Shown: in pieces, positions 20,382-30,347 of the stretch
How positions within the stretch are numbered: position 1 is the first letter of the stretch
How the letters are laid out: every line of letters begins with the position of its first letter
IMG/VR virus record: IMGVR_UViG_3300009161_000021
Source of the DNA: a virus
Lineage: Duplodnaviria > Caudoviricetes
Strand: one strand, 5' to 3'
Length of the DNA stretch: 64,000 nt
Notes under the pieces: generated by a model
Database searches by the model: none
What the model was told of the DNA's origin: nothing
The model's input: the letters and a program-made list of their open reading frames with translations, nothing else
Made by a program: the position numbers and the translations under genes

Positions 20382-21893
20382 TTAGGACCCCACCGTGAAT
20401 CTTACGTTTTTATCTTCGACAATGTACTCCGATCCTTGATCGATTACCAGATAATCTACTGTCATTAGCTTACCAGCTGGTAAGCCGTCGGTGTAAAGAT
20501 CAAAGAACAAACCTGAAGCATCATTTGAAAGTCTTGTTCCACCTCGATCTCTCTCAAAAGGAACATAGACATTACTCTCTATGTCTCTTATCCTGTAGTA
20601 CATCTCTGGAAGCGCGCTCTTAACGGGCTTGGGAACACGAACAGCAGACGGTTCGTAGTTCGAATCATACGCGAAGACTCGTAAGCGATGGGACGAATTA
20701 GCATCGTACTTCGACCTGAAGTTTGTTGTCTTAATCGAAAGTTGCCGCGGAACTGCACTCAGAGCTGTTCTCTCTGGCATCGAGCATGTTAGAAAAGTTG
20801 AGAGATAGACCACGCTTCCATCTATCGATTGCCATTTTTCGCTGAAAGTGATGGACCCTGAGGCTCGCGCGTAATCAGAAATTTTGAGAGTCCCTGTTAC
20901 GACCGAGCTGTCTTGCGCCGAGATGAAGAAGGATCCAACGTAAGAACCTGGTTTTTGGAACGAACTGACTGTCTGCTGTGAAGCAGAAATGATCTTTGTG
21001 AAAGATCCAGTGGAAAGAACGATGCGCAAGCAGTTCGATCCCGTGATACTCTGGGAAGATGAAAGCAAGTTGCTCGCCACAGACCCGACCACGTTGTTGA
21101 GATATAAAGATCCAGAAGCATCAAAGAAAGAAGATATATGCGCATCGAAGATTGCACTATTCGAGCTGACTTCTAAGTGAGGGACCAGCTCTTTGTTAGT
21201 CACATGCCTTGAAGCAAACCTCTTGACGAACCTCGTCGTCTGATCAGTCTCCTGGCTGGATGTGAAAGCTACGACAAAACCATAGTTCGGTATCAAGTTT
21301 GAGATTGTTGCGGATACCACGTCGGTTACGTCAACGAAAAGATCCTCATTACCAACAACAAACTGCTGCTTTGACTCAAGGCTTCTAAGTCCTAGACCGT
21401 CTTGAAGATTACCTGATGAGAAATAATCTACCCCGGTGTCTCCTACAGCTCCAGATCCGTAAGCTCCGGAGATCGACCATAGAACTCCAGATGAAGAGCT
21501 AAGATAGTTGCAAGAGTCGATATCCGTGAATGAAGCTACATCACGACCGAAACCTTCACTAAAGTCTCTCGCGAGCGGAAAAACTGAGACGGTGAAATTT
21601 TGCGGAACAGGCAAGTTCGTTGCAACTGATCTCAATCTAAGACGTGCCGTGAAAGTGCTAGAATTCACGTCAAGAGACCCAGAAGAGAGAGAAACCAAAC
21701 GAGAGATGTCAAACTTTAGGAGCAGTCGAGAGAGTTCTGTGTGTCCGCCTGTTGATCCAGAGAGAGTCTCGTCATAGAGCTTAAAAAGATCAAGAGTTCC
21801 CGCTCGTCCGACGTTAGCGTCTTTAACGCGAGATCCATCGACTATCTTATTCGTGATGTAAGTGTCAGCTGAAGCTGTTGCGATTATGTACAT
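20382..21893 (-). CDS. Virion protein with a DNRLRE/CBM96-like domain, 503 aa
   Basis: ADTYI...N-x-G...SRLLLKFDIS...ARLRL...FSEG...VDVTDVV...NYGFVV pattern typical of DNRLRE domains. Confidence 0.55.
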   Translation of the reverse strand: MYIIATASADTYITNKIVDGSRVKDANVGRAGTLDLFKLYDETLSGSTGGHTELSRLLLKFDISRLVSLSSGSLDVNSSTFTARLRLRSVATNLPVPQNFTVSVFPLARDFSEGFGRDVASFTDIDSCNYLSSSSGVLWSISGAYGSGAVGDTGVDYFSSGNLQDGLGLRSLESKQQFVVGNEDLFVDVTDVVSATISNLIPNYGFVVAFTSSQETDQTTRFVKRFASRHVTNKELVPHLEVSSNSAIFDAHISSFFDASGSLYLNNVVGSVASNLLSSSQSITGSNCLRIVLSTGSFTKIISASQQTVSSFQKPGSYVGSFFISAQDSSVVTGTLKISDYARASGSITFSEKWQSIDGSVVYLSTFLTCSMPERTALSAVPRQLSIKTTNFRSKYDANSSHRLRVFAYDSNYEPSAVRVPKPVKSALPEMYYRIRDIESNVYVPFERDRGGTRLSNDASGLFFDLYTDGLPAGKLMTVDYLVIDQGSEYIVEDKNVRFTVGS

Positions 21894-23731
21894 CAGAGTG
21901 CCGTCCCGATAATGTCATTCTGGGGATATCTAAGCTCAAAAATACTTCCGGGTGGTCCAAAGACCACACCTCGCTTCGTGTACTGCTTGACGTTATGAGT
22001 CACGTTCGAGTACGTTCTTTCCTGAATCACCCCACTAAGACTTTCGACCTTAAGGTCGACTAGGGTCAATACCCCGGGGGTGTTGATTATGACGTTCTGC
22101 ATGTCTGATAGCATGATCGGCTGATCGATCTGGAAGTTATTTACGGTCAGAATTCCAGTAAGTCTCGAAATAACGGACTGCAGTGTGGTTGATTTGTTGG
22201 CGTTAGGTGAAATGAAAACAGTGAACTTAACGCGGAAGTTGATCACTTTAGCGTCAAGAACGTCTATCGCATCGCTGATCAGTCTATACTCATTAAGATA
22301 GACTCGTAGGTTCTTCTTAAGAGTATCAGGAGAGACCGTTAAGAATCCCGAGCTGTCCTTCGAACAGATGAAGAGTTGGCTTGCCAGAGGATTGTCTGGA
22401 TTCGGCCTAACGGCAGCTCGATAGGCTCTCCCGAGCTTTGTTGGAAGCGTGTACACTCTAGAGATCAGGTCCTCTTTTGTAACGATTCTCTCTTGCTGAT
22501 TTCTAGCGGCAGGAATCTGAGAACGAATTTCTTCGAGAGTCGGCGCATTGCTGCCTCCTGAAGCAGGCGAATCGTTTCTAACATCGAACGTGGTTCTGAT
22601 GGAGGAAGCGACCGACGCAGGACATGCATCCGGAAATTCCATCTTAAGCGTCTGTATTCCACGAATTGTTCGCGCGGCAACGTTATGAGATGCTCCGCCT
22701 CCGTATCGATAAGTCACTGTTATTGTAGTATTCTCGGGTTTGACGCCCAAAGTTTTCGTGTTTAGAAGCGAGCTTGGGTCGATGCTAAAACGACTTAAAG
22801 TTGAAGTTCCGTAGAGCGGCAGAGCCAAAGTTTCAGGATCTGGAATCGCATCATCAGCCGTGGTAAGAGCAGTTCCACCCCCGAACTGTATCTTGGACTT
22901 TCTAGATGTCACATCGAAGTTATGAACAAATCTTCTTGGAGCCGGAATAACCTCGATGGATCTGGAAACTTCTTCGGAATCGACAGAAAGATTTGGGAAA
23001 GTTCTAAAAACGGTGTCCTGACTTAAAGTTTGAACTTCGTAGTAAACATTCCCTTCTGAGTCAACGACCTCCACAATTTCGCTCGGGTCAGAATTTCCAA
23101 GTGAAATTGTGAAAAATGGATCTGGATTTGCTGCTATCTCGAAAGATTCGATCGCAATCTTTCCGGATACGCATGAGACGTCACGCTTCATTACGAAGCT
23201 TGAGGGATTTCCGGATGCGTCAACGTTTCCAACCACGTATTTCGACGCAAGCCCACCAAGTCGATTTTTCTCAGCAAAATCGACGTCCTCGGCAGTCGAG
23301 AATATGATTCCAGCTGATGACGCCAAAAGCGTGCTCTGGAGAACTTTAGGAAGAGTGTCCTCATCTGGGACGTATTCCCCATCGATAAATCTTGAAGGAA
23401 CTTCTACGAACATCGATACTGTAGCGACCGAAGGAGAAGCTCCTTTCGGTTTGATTCCAGCTTCAGTTATCATCCTTGAAACGTTCGCGTTCTCGACAGC
23501 TGTCGACCATGACATTTCTCTGAACTGGTGATCGAGATAAAATGACATCGAGTCTGCCACGGAAGCAGCCATATCGAGCATCAAACCACCGACGCTTGCT
23601 TCCGAGAAGTCTTGTATTTTGTCTCCGAAATACGTTCTAGCGTATCTCAGGAGATCGCCTCTGAAAGAATCGAAATCTTTGTTAAGATACGTTCGATTTC
23701 TCAAGTTCTTAAGCTGCTGGTCACCCGCCAT
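21893..23731 (-). CDS. Baseplate wedge subunit (T4 gp6 / baseplate J-like), 612 aa
   Basis: YLNKDFDSFRGDLLRY, IQDFSEASVGGLMLD, QFGGG, VTYRYGGG...N, GGSNAPTLEEIR, QERIVTKEDL motifs; directly downstream of the gp25-like gene. Confidence 0.9.
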   Translation of the reverse strand: MAGDQQLKNLRNRTYLNKDFDSFRGDLLRYARTYFGDKIQDFSEASVGGLMLDMAASVADSMSFYLDHQFREMSWSTAVENANVSRMITEAGIKPKGASPSVATVSMFVEVPSRFIDGEYVPDEDTLPKVLQSTLLASSAGIIFSTAEDVDFAEKNRLGGLASKYVVGNVDASGNPSSFVMKRDVSCVSGKIAIESFEIAANPDPFFTISLGNSDPSEIVEVVDSEGNVYYEVQTLSQDTVFRTFPNLSVDSEEVSRSIEVIPAPRRFVHNFDVTSRKSKIQFGGGTALTTADDAIPDPETLALPLYGTSTLSRFSIDPSSLLNTKTLGVKPENTTITVTYRYGGGASHNVAARTIRGIQTLKMEFPDACPASVASSIRTTFDVRNDSPASGGSNAPTLEEIRSQIPAARNQQERIVTKEDLISRVYTLPTKLGRAYRAAVRPNPDNPLASQLFICSKDSSGFLTVSPDTLKKNLRVYLNEYRLISDAIDVLDAKVINFRVKFTVFISPNANKSTTLQSVISRLTGILTVNNFQIDQPIMLSDMQNVIINTPGVLTLVDLKVESLSGVIQERTYSNVTHNVKQYTKRGVVFGPPGSIFELRYPQNDIIGTAL

Positions 23732-23734
23732 TTA

Positions 23735-24217
23735 TCATCCCGTAAAGTTGAATGTGATTGATAGTGTCTGCTGCGTCAAGTTTGCGCGTGGCACAGAGTA
23801 AGTAATTGCTAATTTTATCTTTGAAAGAGCTGTTAGCCCAGCATCCTGGGGAGTTGCGATAAAATTTTCAAGAATTACGAACGGCATATACTTCGAGACA
23901 GCAGCGCTGATCCTTCTCATTGCTTCCTGGTCACCGTCTTCTGAAGCAAGCTCATGTAGAATGGGCTTTAGATTAGCTCCGAAATCCACAAATCCGAGCC
24001 TCTCATTACGATTAGTGAGGATCAAGTTCGCTAGATTGTCTCTTATCTGGTCCCCAAGAGAACGATGCATCCTGAAGATTCCATCCTCGGTACTTCCAAG
24101 CTCTAGCGGAGTCTTAATTCCGATCGGAGGGGCGGTGACAACCGCTTTGCTGCGCTCATCAAAGTCAGATTTTTTTGTTCCGACACTGTTGAAGCTGTAA
24201 GATCTTGCTTGTGCCAC
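23735..24217 (-). CDS. Baseplate wedge protein, GPW/gp25 family
   Basis: QIRDNLANLILTNRNERLGFVDFGANLKPILHE...ISAAVSKYMPFV is the gp25 signature. Start moved from 24235 to the GTG at 24217, which has a GAGGA SD 6 nt upstream. Confidence 0.9.
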   Translation of the reverse strand: MAQARSYSFNSVGTKKSDFDERSKAVVTAPPIGIKTPLELGSTEDGIFRMHRSLGDQIRDNLANLILTNRNERLGFVDFGANLKPILHELASEDGDQEAMRRISAAVSKYMPFVILENFIATPQDAGLTALSKIKLAITYSVPRANLTQQTLSITFNFTG

Positions 24218-24233
24218 CGGAGTTCCTCTCAAC

Positions 24234-24256
24234 ATAAATAGAGCGATCCTCTATTT
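24234..24256 (-). promoter_or_regulatory. Candidate late motif CTATTTAT overlapping an 8-bp inverted repeat
   Basis: AAATAGAG-N5-CTCTATTT at 24236..24256, upstream of the gp25-like gene. Confidence 0.35.
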
Positions 24257-24273
24257 TCGTGAATCGCTTAGCG

Positions 24274-25746
24274 TCACTCTCCGTAGATGATCGTTGAACC
24301 AAGACCTATAGCTGCAGTCTTAAGCTGTACTTGTTTCGTCAGAATTGAAGCTTGCAAGCTCGTTGCTGCTACAGTCAATGTTGTTCCAGCGATAACTGCT
24401 CCAGGGACGGGACCTCCTGCATTCGCTGACGTCGTAAGAGAGCTTGCGACAGTTGTGAGCTGCGTGCAGAAATTGTTGATATCAGCCAGTATGCTATTAA
24501 GGAAATCGACGAGAACGCTGTACTTGACGTACGGTTCTTTTGCTCCTTTCGAAGCGTATGACATCAATCTAATTTGCTTTCCAGACAGATGTAGAACTCC
24601 AGTTTCATGAAGGATAACTGAAGCGCCGTCGAGCTTTGCCGCTCCAGACTCGTTCGTACTCGGTTCCTTCATGATTATGATTGAACCAGGATCTTTTTTC
24701 TCTCTGTTAAAAAGACCCTCGAACCCCTTCGCTTCAGGTAACGTTCTACTTCCCCTTGAAATTAAGCGAAGATTGTCAGCTTTTAAGACGGCGAACGATC
24801 CGTTGCTCTTCTTACTCGCAGGAAAACCTAGAAATCCAGCATCCGACGGAAGCTTAAGAGAAAGAAGATTGTCTGGATGATTCTTTTTGTCTTGTGAGGT
24901 TCCAGCAACTAGATAAAGTCGGGCTGCGTCCTCTTTGAAATCTGCATCGCCTTCGGTCGGTCTATTGGTTCGCTTATCGTTCTCTGGAGTATTCAAAAAT
25001 GAATCTTTTATCTCAGTTGCAGCTGTAACTGGTCGACCGCCTCTACCGACAACGATGTCAATGGCTCCCATATTGGGATCAACGTCGTCGTCGTTTGCGC
25101 TAAACTTGATCGAATCAGAGTTAGCTGCAAAATGACCTCGAGCCTCTCCTAGCATTATCAACGTGTTGTTGGAACCTTGAAGGATCAAGTCACCAGCTCT
25201 CTTGTTGTAACGAGGAACTGCCTCAAATCTATGAGTTTCTTTCGCGTACTCAAGAACTTTGACCATTTCTTCAGGATCGGTCGTTGGGCTTTCTATCGTT
25301 GATTGATCATCAGACTCATCTTCTTCATTAGAAAATTTTGCAGAGAGAGATTTTGGCTCTTTGACAGCGGGTTGTCCGTACGTTCTCTTAAAGAAAGTGA
25401 AGTTTGTGTCTTCAACGTGATTAGGAGCACTGACTCTTGACATCCAATAGCCGACACCTCCACCCTTGTTGTCTGCATTCTCATACACGAACCAGACTTC
25501 TTCTCCGGGTTTAAGAGGAAGGCAAAAGTGAGAAGAGAAGAAAGGATAGCAAACAATCTCTCTATCACTCTGCTTTGACTCTCCCATCGAGATCGGCTTC
25601 ACAACTGCTGAATTTCTTGGAATCTCTGCGTAAGCAGGTGTGAAGACAAGCGATTTATAGTCGCTAAGAGATCTTCTGCGATCAGTAAGTCCTGAAACTG
25701 TGTTAACAACATCAACGACAAGACCGCGAAAGAAAACTGTCGACAT
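24274..25746 (-). CDS. Probable baseplate hub/central spike protein (gp5/gpV-like), 490 aa
   Basis: N-terminal OB-fold-like CYPFFSSHFCLPLKPGEEVWFVY, GDLILQGSNNTLIMLG and a C-terminal helical spike-like region; position next to gp25. Confidence 0.55.
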   Translation of the reverse strand: MSTVFFRGLVVDVVNTVSGLTDRRRSLSDYKSLVFTPAYAEIPRNSAVVKPISMGESKQSDREIVCYPFFSSHFCLPLKPGEEVWFVYENADNKGGGVGYWMSRVSAPNHVEDTNFTFFKRTYGQPAVKEPKSLSAKFSNEEDESDDQSTIESPTTDPEEMVKVLEYAKETHRFEAVPRYNKRAGDLILQGSNNTLIMLGEARGHFAANSDSIKFSANDDDVDPNMGAIDIVVGRGGRPVTAATEIKDSFLNTPENDKRTNRPTEGDADFKEDAARLYLVAGTSQDKKNHPDNLLSLKLPSDAGFLGFPASKKSNGSFAVLKADNLRLISRGSRTLPEAKGFEGLFNREKKDPGSIIIMKEPSTNESGAAKLDGASVILHETGVLHLSGKQIRLMSYASKGAKEPYVKYSVLVDFLNSILADINNFCTQLTTVASSLTTSANAGGPVPGAVIAGTTLTVAATSLQASILTKQVQLKTAAIGLGSTIIYGE

Positions 25747-26108
25747 TACTTCTTGATCCTTTCAAAGATTTCTTCTTCTGAGATCTCAACGCTTGAGCTC
25801 TCTGATTCAGAGATTTGCTTTGATAAGTTAAGTAACTGCTCGTTGCTTTTTGACATACGCTCAAGGTACTTGGTTAAAGTTTGTCCAAGCGTTGCGTGAT
25901 CAGCAGCCGACCCACCCATCTGTGAATAAAGATCAGTGAAAAGAATGTGAGCGTTAGTTCGATCTACTACAGCATTCTCGTAGATTTCTTTCCAAAGCAT
26001 CTTTTTCTTTTCTGAAGCATTCTCGATTCCGTCCAAAATATCAGAAAACTGCTCGACTTTCTTGTCGTTTTCCTTCAGCTTCTCGAGCATCTTGTCTATC
26101 GTTCCCAT
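25746..26108 (-). CDS. Hypothetical helical protein, 120 aa
   Basis: Coupled to both neighbours by 1-nt overlaps; coiled-coil-like composition. Confidence 0.7.
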   Translation of the reverse strand: MGTIDKMLEKLKENDKKVEQFSDILDGIENASEKKKMLWKEIYENAVVDRTNAHILFTDLYSQMGGSAADHATLGQTLTKYLERMSKSNEQLLNLSKQISESESSSVEISEEEIFERIKK

Positions 26109-26827
26109 CAGAGAAACCCTCCAGTACCTTTAGTTATTGTCCTGTAGTGTTTCCTGATGACTGACATCGCAGATCCTAACTGCTTTTGATTCAAATTCGA
26201 GATGTTCTTGACGTAGACAAAGACAGCTCTCTTATTCAGGAAATCAAGATCGTCGATCTGCTCAAACACAGTTATGATAGCATCGATGCAAGCCTGCTCA
26301 TGTGGTTGATTAAGAGACTTCTTGATCTTTCGAAGCATCTCAAGTATAGCATCTCGTTGTCCAGCACTTACTATCTGATCCTCTGGCGTTGATCCGATGA
26401 GAGTATTGTGGTACATCTCAGCTTCAGCTGATTTGCTTTCCTTCAGATCTTCTATCGATACGAATCTCTTAATCTTCTTCTGACGGTTCTTTGATGATAT
26501 TACGAGCCAATTTCTAGCCACAACGTTGAAGTACGAAAAAGCTTTTGTCCCGCGAGTCGCGTCAAATTTATGCAAAGACTCGTAGAGAAAAGTGACGCAG
26601 TCATTCTTCATGTGCTCAATTGGCTCATTGGGACTAGCGAAACCGTAGATGAAGATCAAACTTTCAACCAGCTTATCAAAAGCTGGCATAATCTTCCTGA
26701 GATAAAGCTCGTGTCGAATCTCATTCTCTGTAGCTAGCTGAAACAGCTCGATCGCTTTCTGAGTGTTAGCATCAAAGTATAGGGTTCCCGTTCCGTTACC
26801 CCTCTTTATTATTCTCTTCGTTCCCAC
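26108..26827 (-). CDS. Phage RNA polymerase sigma factor (sigma-70 region 2; gp55-like late sigma candidate)
   Basis: MKNDCVTFLYESLHKFDATRGTKAFSYFNVVARN is a region-2 signature. The likely start is the GTG at 26827 after AGGAAG (ORF track 26929). Confidence 0.8.
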   Translation of the reverse strand: MGTKRIIKRGNGTGTLYFDANTQKAIELFQLATENEIRHELYLRKIMPAFDKLVESLIFIYGFASPNEPIEHMKNDCVTFLYESLHKFDATRGTKAFSYFNVVARNWLVISSKNRQKKIKRFVSIEDLKESKSAEAEMYHNTLIGSTPEDQIVSAGQRDAILEMLRKIKKSLNQPHEQACIDAIITVFEQIDDLDFLNKRAVFVYVKNISNLNQKQLGSAMSVIRKHYRTITKGTGGFL

Positions 26828-27110
26828 TGTCTTCTTCCTGTATTGAGGTAAGTTGATTTGCGACATACAGCACGGCTTCACGTGATTTTCTGATGTCTTC
26901 GACTGCCCTCTTGATCTCGGGAGAATCATAGAAGAGGGGAATTTTCAGTATCTTAGATATTGATTCGTAGCGTTTATCGAGAACATCAAGTGATTCCTCA
27001 ATCGCATCTTGAACCCTAAAGATTGCTGACGCAGCTCGAAATGCAAAAATCGAGACAAACGCAAGCAAAACAGTTTCTAAGAAGATTATCGTACCAAGAG
27101 CCCAGATCAT
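26796..27110 (-). CDS. Small single-pass membrane protein with a coiled-coil tail
   Basis: N-terminal hydrophobic stretch MIWALGTIIFLETVLLAFVSIFAF followed by a charged helical region. Confidence 0.65.
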   Translation of the reverse strand: MIWALGTIIFLETVLLAFVSIFAFRAASAIFRVQDAIEESLDVLDKRYESISKILKIPLFYDSPEIKRAVEDIRKSREAVLYVANQLTSIQEEDSGNEENNKEG

Positions 27111-28267
27111 GCTAAAAATTGACCCAGCGCTCTTTCGTATTCTTCGTTGATAGCTTGAGGGCTGTGGCTTACCTTTAACTTCTCAGCAAGCTCTTGTGCC
27201 CACTGACGAGGAACATCCGGCGAAGACTTCAGCTTTCTTAGCTTTTTCTTAAAATCTTGCTCTCTAACATTTGCCCACTTTGATCCACGCATCCAGATGT
27301 GCTCATCGCATCTAGACTCATGGACTTCTTCCAGGTCGTACTCAAATTTGACGAACTTTCCTAACTTCATGAAGTCCATGTGTCCAGTACCGTCAGTTGC
27401 CGCGACTGGGAGACCTGATGCTGATGCCTCAAGAAGTGGTAGCCCGAAACCCTCTCCACGAGTTGGAGAAACAAGAGCTTTGATCTTTGGATGCTTGTAA
27501 AGACCAACAATCTCATCGTTAGACATCATTCCGTGAATAATATGAACTTTCGGGAACGGTCCTCGTCTGACCTCTGAGACAGCTTTCGAGATCATATTCT
27601 GAACTCCGTCCCAATCGACACGCGTTCCACGACCCACGTTGGTCTTAAGGACTATTCCAACGTCAGGATCATTCGCAAATTCCTCACAGAGCCACTTCAA
27701 CGCAAAAAAGATATTCTTTCTGTCGTTGAAAGGGTTGTTCCCTGTCATAGTTCCTAAAATCAAGAAATTGAAATTTGTTTCAAGCTGCAAATCAAGCTTG
27801 TGATTTGATGTGATAACTTCGTTGGTGAAGCTTTCAGGAATCACAAGAACAGGTGTCCTCACGTTGCCTGAATTTCTTAAGGTCTTTTCACAAAACGTTG
27901 ACGGCATAACGACGACATTCATTCTGTTGCAAGCATCGACCCAGCCAGAATAGCACTTGTCAGCTTCCACAAGTGCAGTGATTCCTACGTTAAAATTAGC
28001 TAGATTGGTGTCCCACTCGTTTGGGAGTTGAATCTGAAATGAAACATCAAATTTTTGGTCAACAGCTCCAGTTCTCTTCATGATCTCGCTGACAAGACCA
28101 CCCTCGGCATCAGGATTCACGTACCAGCTCGTGCTGCCCCAAGGAAGCACCTGAACCACTATCTGGTCCTCAGAGTGCTTGCTAAGTAACCAACGGAAAA
28201 CTTGACGCGCATGATTTCCGTAACCAGACTCGCTAAGAAGCGGACCACGTACTAGAATCTTCTTCAT
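27107..28267 (-). CDS. Glycosyltransferase, GT-B fold (GT4-like)
   Basis: ALVSPTRGEGFGLPLLEASASGLPV (E-x7-E motif); N-terminal SESGYGNHAR. Confidence 0.9.
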   Translation of the reverse strand: MKKILVRGPLLSESGYGNHARQVFRWLLSKHSEDQIVVQVLPWGSTSWYVNPDAEGGLVSEIMKRTGAVDQKFDVSFQIQLPNEWDTNLANFNVGITALVEADKCYSGWVDACNRMNVVVMPSTFCEKTLRNSGNVRTPVLVIPESFTNEVITSNHKLDLQLETNFNFLILGTMTGNNPFNDRKNIFFALKWLCEEFANDPDVGIVLKTNVGRGTRVDWDGVQNMISKAVSEVRRGPFPKVHIIHGMMSNDEIVGLYKHPKIKALVSPTRGEGFGLPLLEASASGLPVAATDGTGHMDFMKLGKFVKFEYDLEEVHESRCDEHIWMRGSKWANVREQDFKKKLRKLKSSPDVPRQWAQELAEKLKVSHSPQAINEEYERALGQFLA

Positions 28268-29505
28268 ATCGTGACTTTCTCCCAGGACTTGTAACGACTT
28301 TTCCAGTTTTCTATTGTCTCGTTCAGAGTTTCATGCCATCTATCAATCACATTTTGGTAAGAGAACTCGCTCTGAACGTATGCTCTTGCCTTTTGACCAA
28401 GCTTCTTTCTTTCGTCTGGATCCATTCTGTACATCTTCTCTATCGCATCAGCCACAGTTTCATTTGAAACGTAGTCTTCGTAAATGTACGGAACAATTTG
28501 CGAGCCGACGCAAGTCTTGAATTCAACTGGAAGAGCTATTCCATTCTCAGTTCCATCTCGATGATCGACAACCTGCCTAGTCAGGCCTCCAGTTTTAACA
28601 GCGATAATCGGATTTCCACATTGCATAGCCTCAAGAGTCGGGAGACCGAATCCCTCTGCGTATGAGATGTTCATGCAAGCATCTGAGATGTTGTGCAGGA
28701 CATTCATCTTTTCAAAGTCTATTCTGTCAGTTGAAAAGATAACGCTATCTTGAACTCCGAACATCTTGACAACTTCGTGAAGATTCGGGCCCTCTTGGTC
28801 GAAAGGATCTGTGTGCATGATAAGAACTGCGTCTTTCTTACCTTGAGCGATCATTCTCTTAATGAAGATAGACCAAGCTTCGATCACATCAGAGGGTCTC
28901 TTACGACGGGCATTTCTGTTGACCCAAAAAAGAGTGAAGAAGTCCTTCTTGCTCTCTCCTAAAATTTCACGCTTGTTTATCTTGATCTGAGATTCTGGAA
29001 GCGGGTAAAAAAGCTGATCTGGAAGAGCGTGCGGAACGAAGTTTGTCTTCTCTGGAAAGTCTTGCTTACAGATTTCGTATGTAAGGTACGAGTGACAGTT
29101 GATTAGATCTGTCGATTTATAGAAGGGAGCATTGAACGAAGGCTTCGGCCAGTTGTCCCAAACGTGCCACCATGCTATTGGACAGACCTGGTGTATCTCG
29201 TCTTCCATCTCAAAAAGCCACGTAAAGAAACGCGGGTCCGTGAATATTAGGATAAGATCGGGCTTCTCTGTTGCTAGAGTGATCCTGAGCATCTCCTTCG
29301 TACCGAATCCGTCAATGGGTTTGATGATGAAATCTTCATTAACGACAATGGTTCGATAATCAGCGTGCTTCATCGCTGCTCCGAACTGCCTAAATGTCCA
29401 TTCTCCCTTCTGGAGAAGTCCATTTATGAGATGCCTTGTTTGAGTTCCAACGCCAGACGTTGAAAGAGCATGATCTGATAGGACTAAAATCTTCTTCTTA
29501 CGCAA
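28264..29505 (-). CDS. Glycosyltransferase, GT-B fold (GT4-like)
   Basis: ISYAEGFGLPTLEAMQCGNPII motif. The likely start is the TTG at 29505 after GGAGG (ORF track 29595). Confidence 0.9.
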   Translation of the reverse strand: MRKKKILVLSDHALSTSGVGTQTRHLINGLLQKGEWTFRQFGAAMKHADYRTIVVNEDFIIKPIDGFGTKEMLRITLATEKPDLILIFTDPRFFTWLFEMEDEIHQVCPIAWWHVWDNWPKPSFNAPFYKSTDLINCHSYLTYEICKQDFPEKTNFVPHALPDQLFYPLPESQIKINKREILGESKKDFFTLFWVNRNARRKRPSDVIEAWSIFIKRMIAQGKKDAVLIMHTDPFDQEGPNLHEVVKMFGVQDSVIFSTDRIDFEKMNVLHNISDACMNISYAEGFGLPTLEAMQCGNPIIAVKTGGLTRQVVDHRDGTENGIALPVEFKTCVGSQIVPYIYEDYVSNETVADAIEKMYRMDPDERKKLGQKARAYVQSEFSYQNVIDRWHETLNETIENWKSRYKSWEKVTI

Positions 29506-29552
29506 GAAATTGCCTCCTTGAAGAAAACTATGATTTCTGCGCAATAAGTAAA

Positions 29553-30347
29553 TTAGGTGCAGTGTTCTGTGTTCACGTAAGGGCAGTACAAGCATGACTG
29601 TCGATTCTTGACTTTCACGCCCTTACGCATCCCAGCGATAGTGTTCGAGACAAGTTTGTTCGCTTTCTGCATCGCCACAGGTCCGACAGATACAGTGAAG
29701 AGTTCAACGCACTTTCCGGGTTTCGCTCCCTTCTTCAGAAGGATGTATCCACACTTAACATAGCGAGCGCCGTCAAAAAGATCCCTATGCTTGTTCATCA
29801 GGTAGGACTTGTAGAGAGCAACCTGCGCTAGGGTGAGTGGGTTCTGCTTCTTGTCTGCTGACCAGCCCCCTGCGCCCGCCGTCTTCCAGTCTAGAACCCA
29901 GAGATCGTAACCACCCTTCTCACGAGGAACCTTGATGATGCAGTCAACGAATCCCTTGAAGTAAGCATCTCGATCCTCAATCGACTCGTAGAGCGCTTCC
30001 TCGGCAGACACCGTCTCCCACCCTGGGAAAGTCTCATCAAGCCATGCAGGAACTTCCTCGAGCGCATTCTTTGCCCATGTCGCCCACTTCTCAACCTCAG
30101 GGAATCCCTTGGAATCCCAAGCTGAAACGATGTCCATCAGGCAACGATCGACGTCCATGACTCGTGTCTTCAGGTAACCTTCACAGGCTGAGTGAACAGA
30201 CGTTCCAAAATCAAGATGCTCACTCGGCTTATCGAGGTTGATCTTCTTGATCTGCTGGAGATAGTGCCTGAATGGACACTCATTCCAATTTCGGACTTCC
30301 GAGTACGAGACGTGAGCTTTACCAGTAGGTAGAAGAGTATCAGACAA
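29553..30347 (-). CDS. Cas4-like/RecB-family PD-(D/E)XK exonuclease with four Cys (Fe-S candidate)
   Basis: SYSEVRNWNECPFRHY, FGTSVH, KGFVD, LDWKT, Q-x-x-LY and C-x-x-CPY-x5-C. The likely start is the TTG at 30347 after GGAGG. Confidence 0.85.
   Translation of the reverse strand: MSDTLLPTGKAHVSYSEVRNWNECPFRHYLQQIKKINLDKPSEHLDFGTSVHSACEGYLKTRVMDVDRCLMDIVSAWDSKGFPEVEKWATWAKNALEEVPAWLDETFPGWETVSAEEALYESIEDRDAYFKGFVDCIIKVPREKGGYDLWVLDWKTAGAGGWSADKKQNPLTLAQVALYKSYLMNKHRDLFDGARYVKCGYILLKKGAKPGKCVELFTVSVGPVAMQKANKLVSNTIAGMRKGVKVKNRQSCLYCPYVNTEHCT

Noticed and set aside
29553-30347. CRISPR-Cas system
   Set aside because: Only a solo Cas4-like gene; no repeat-spacer array or other cas genes, and no intergenic gap long enough for an array.
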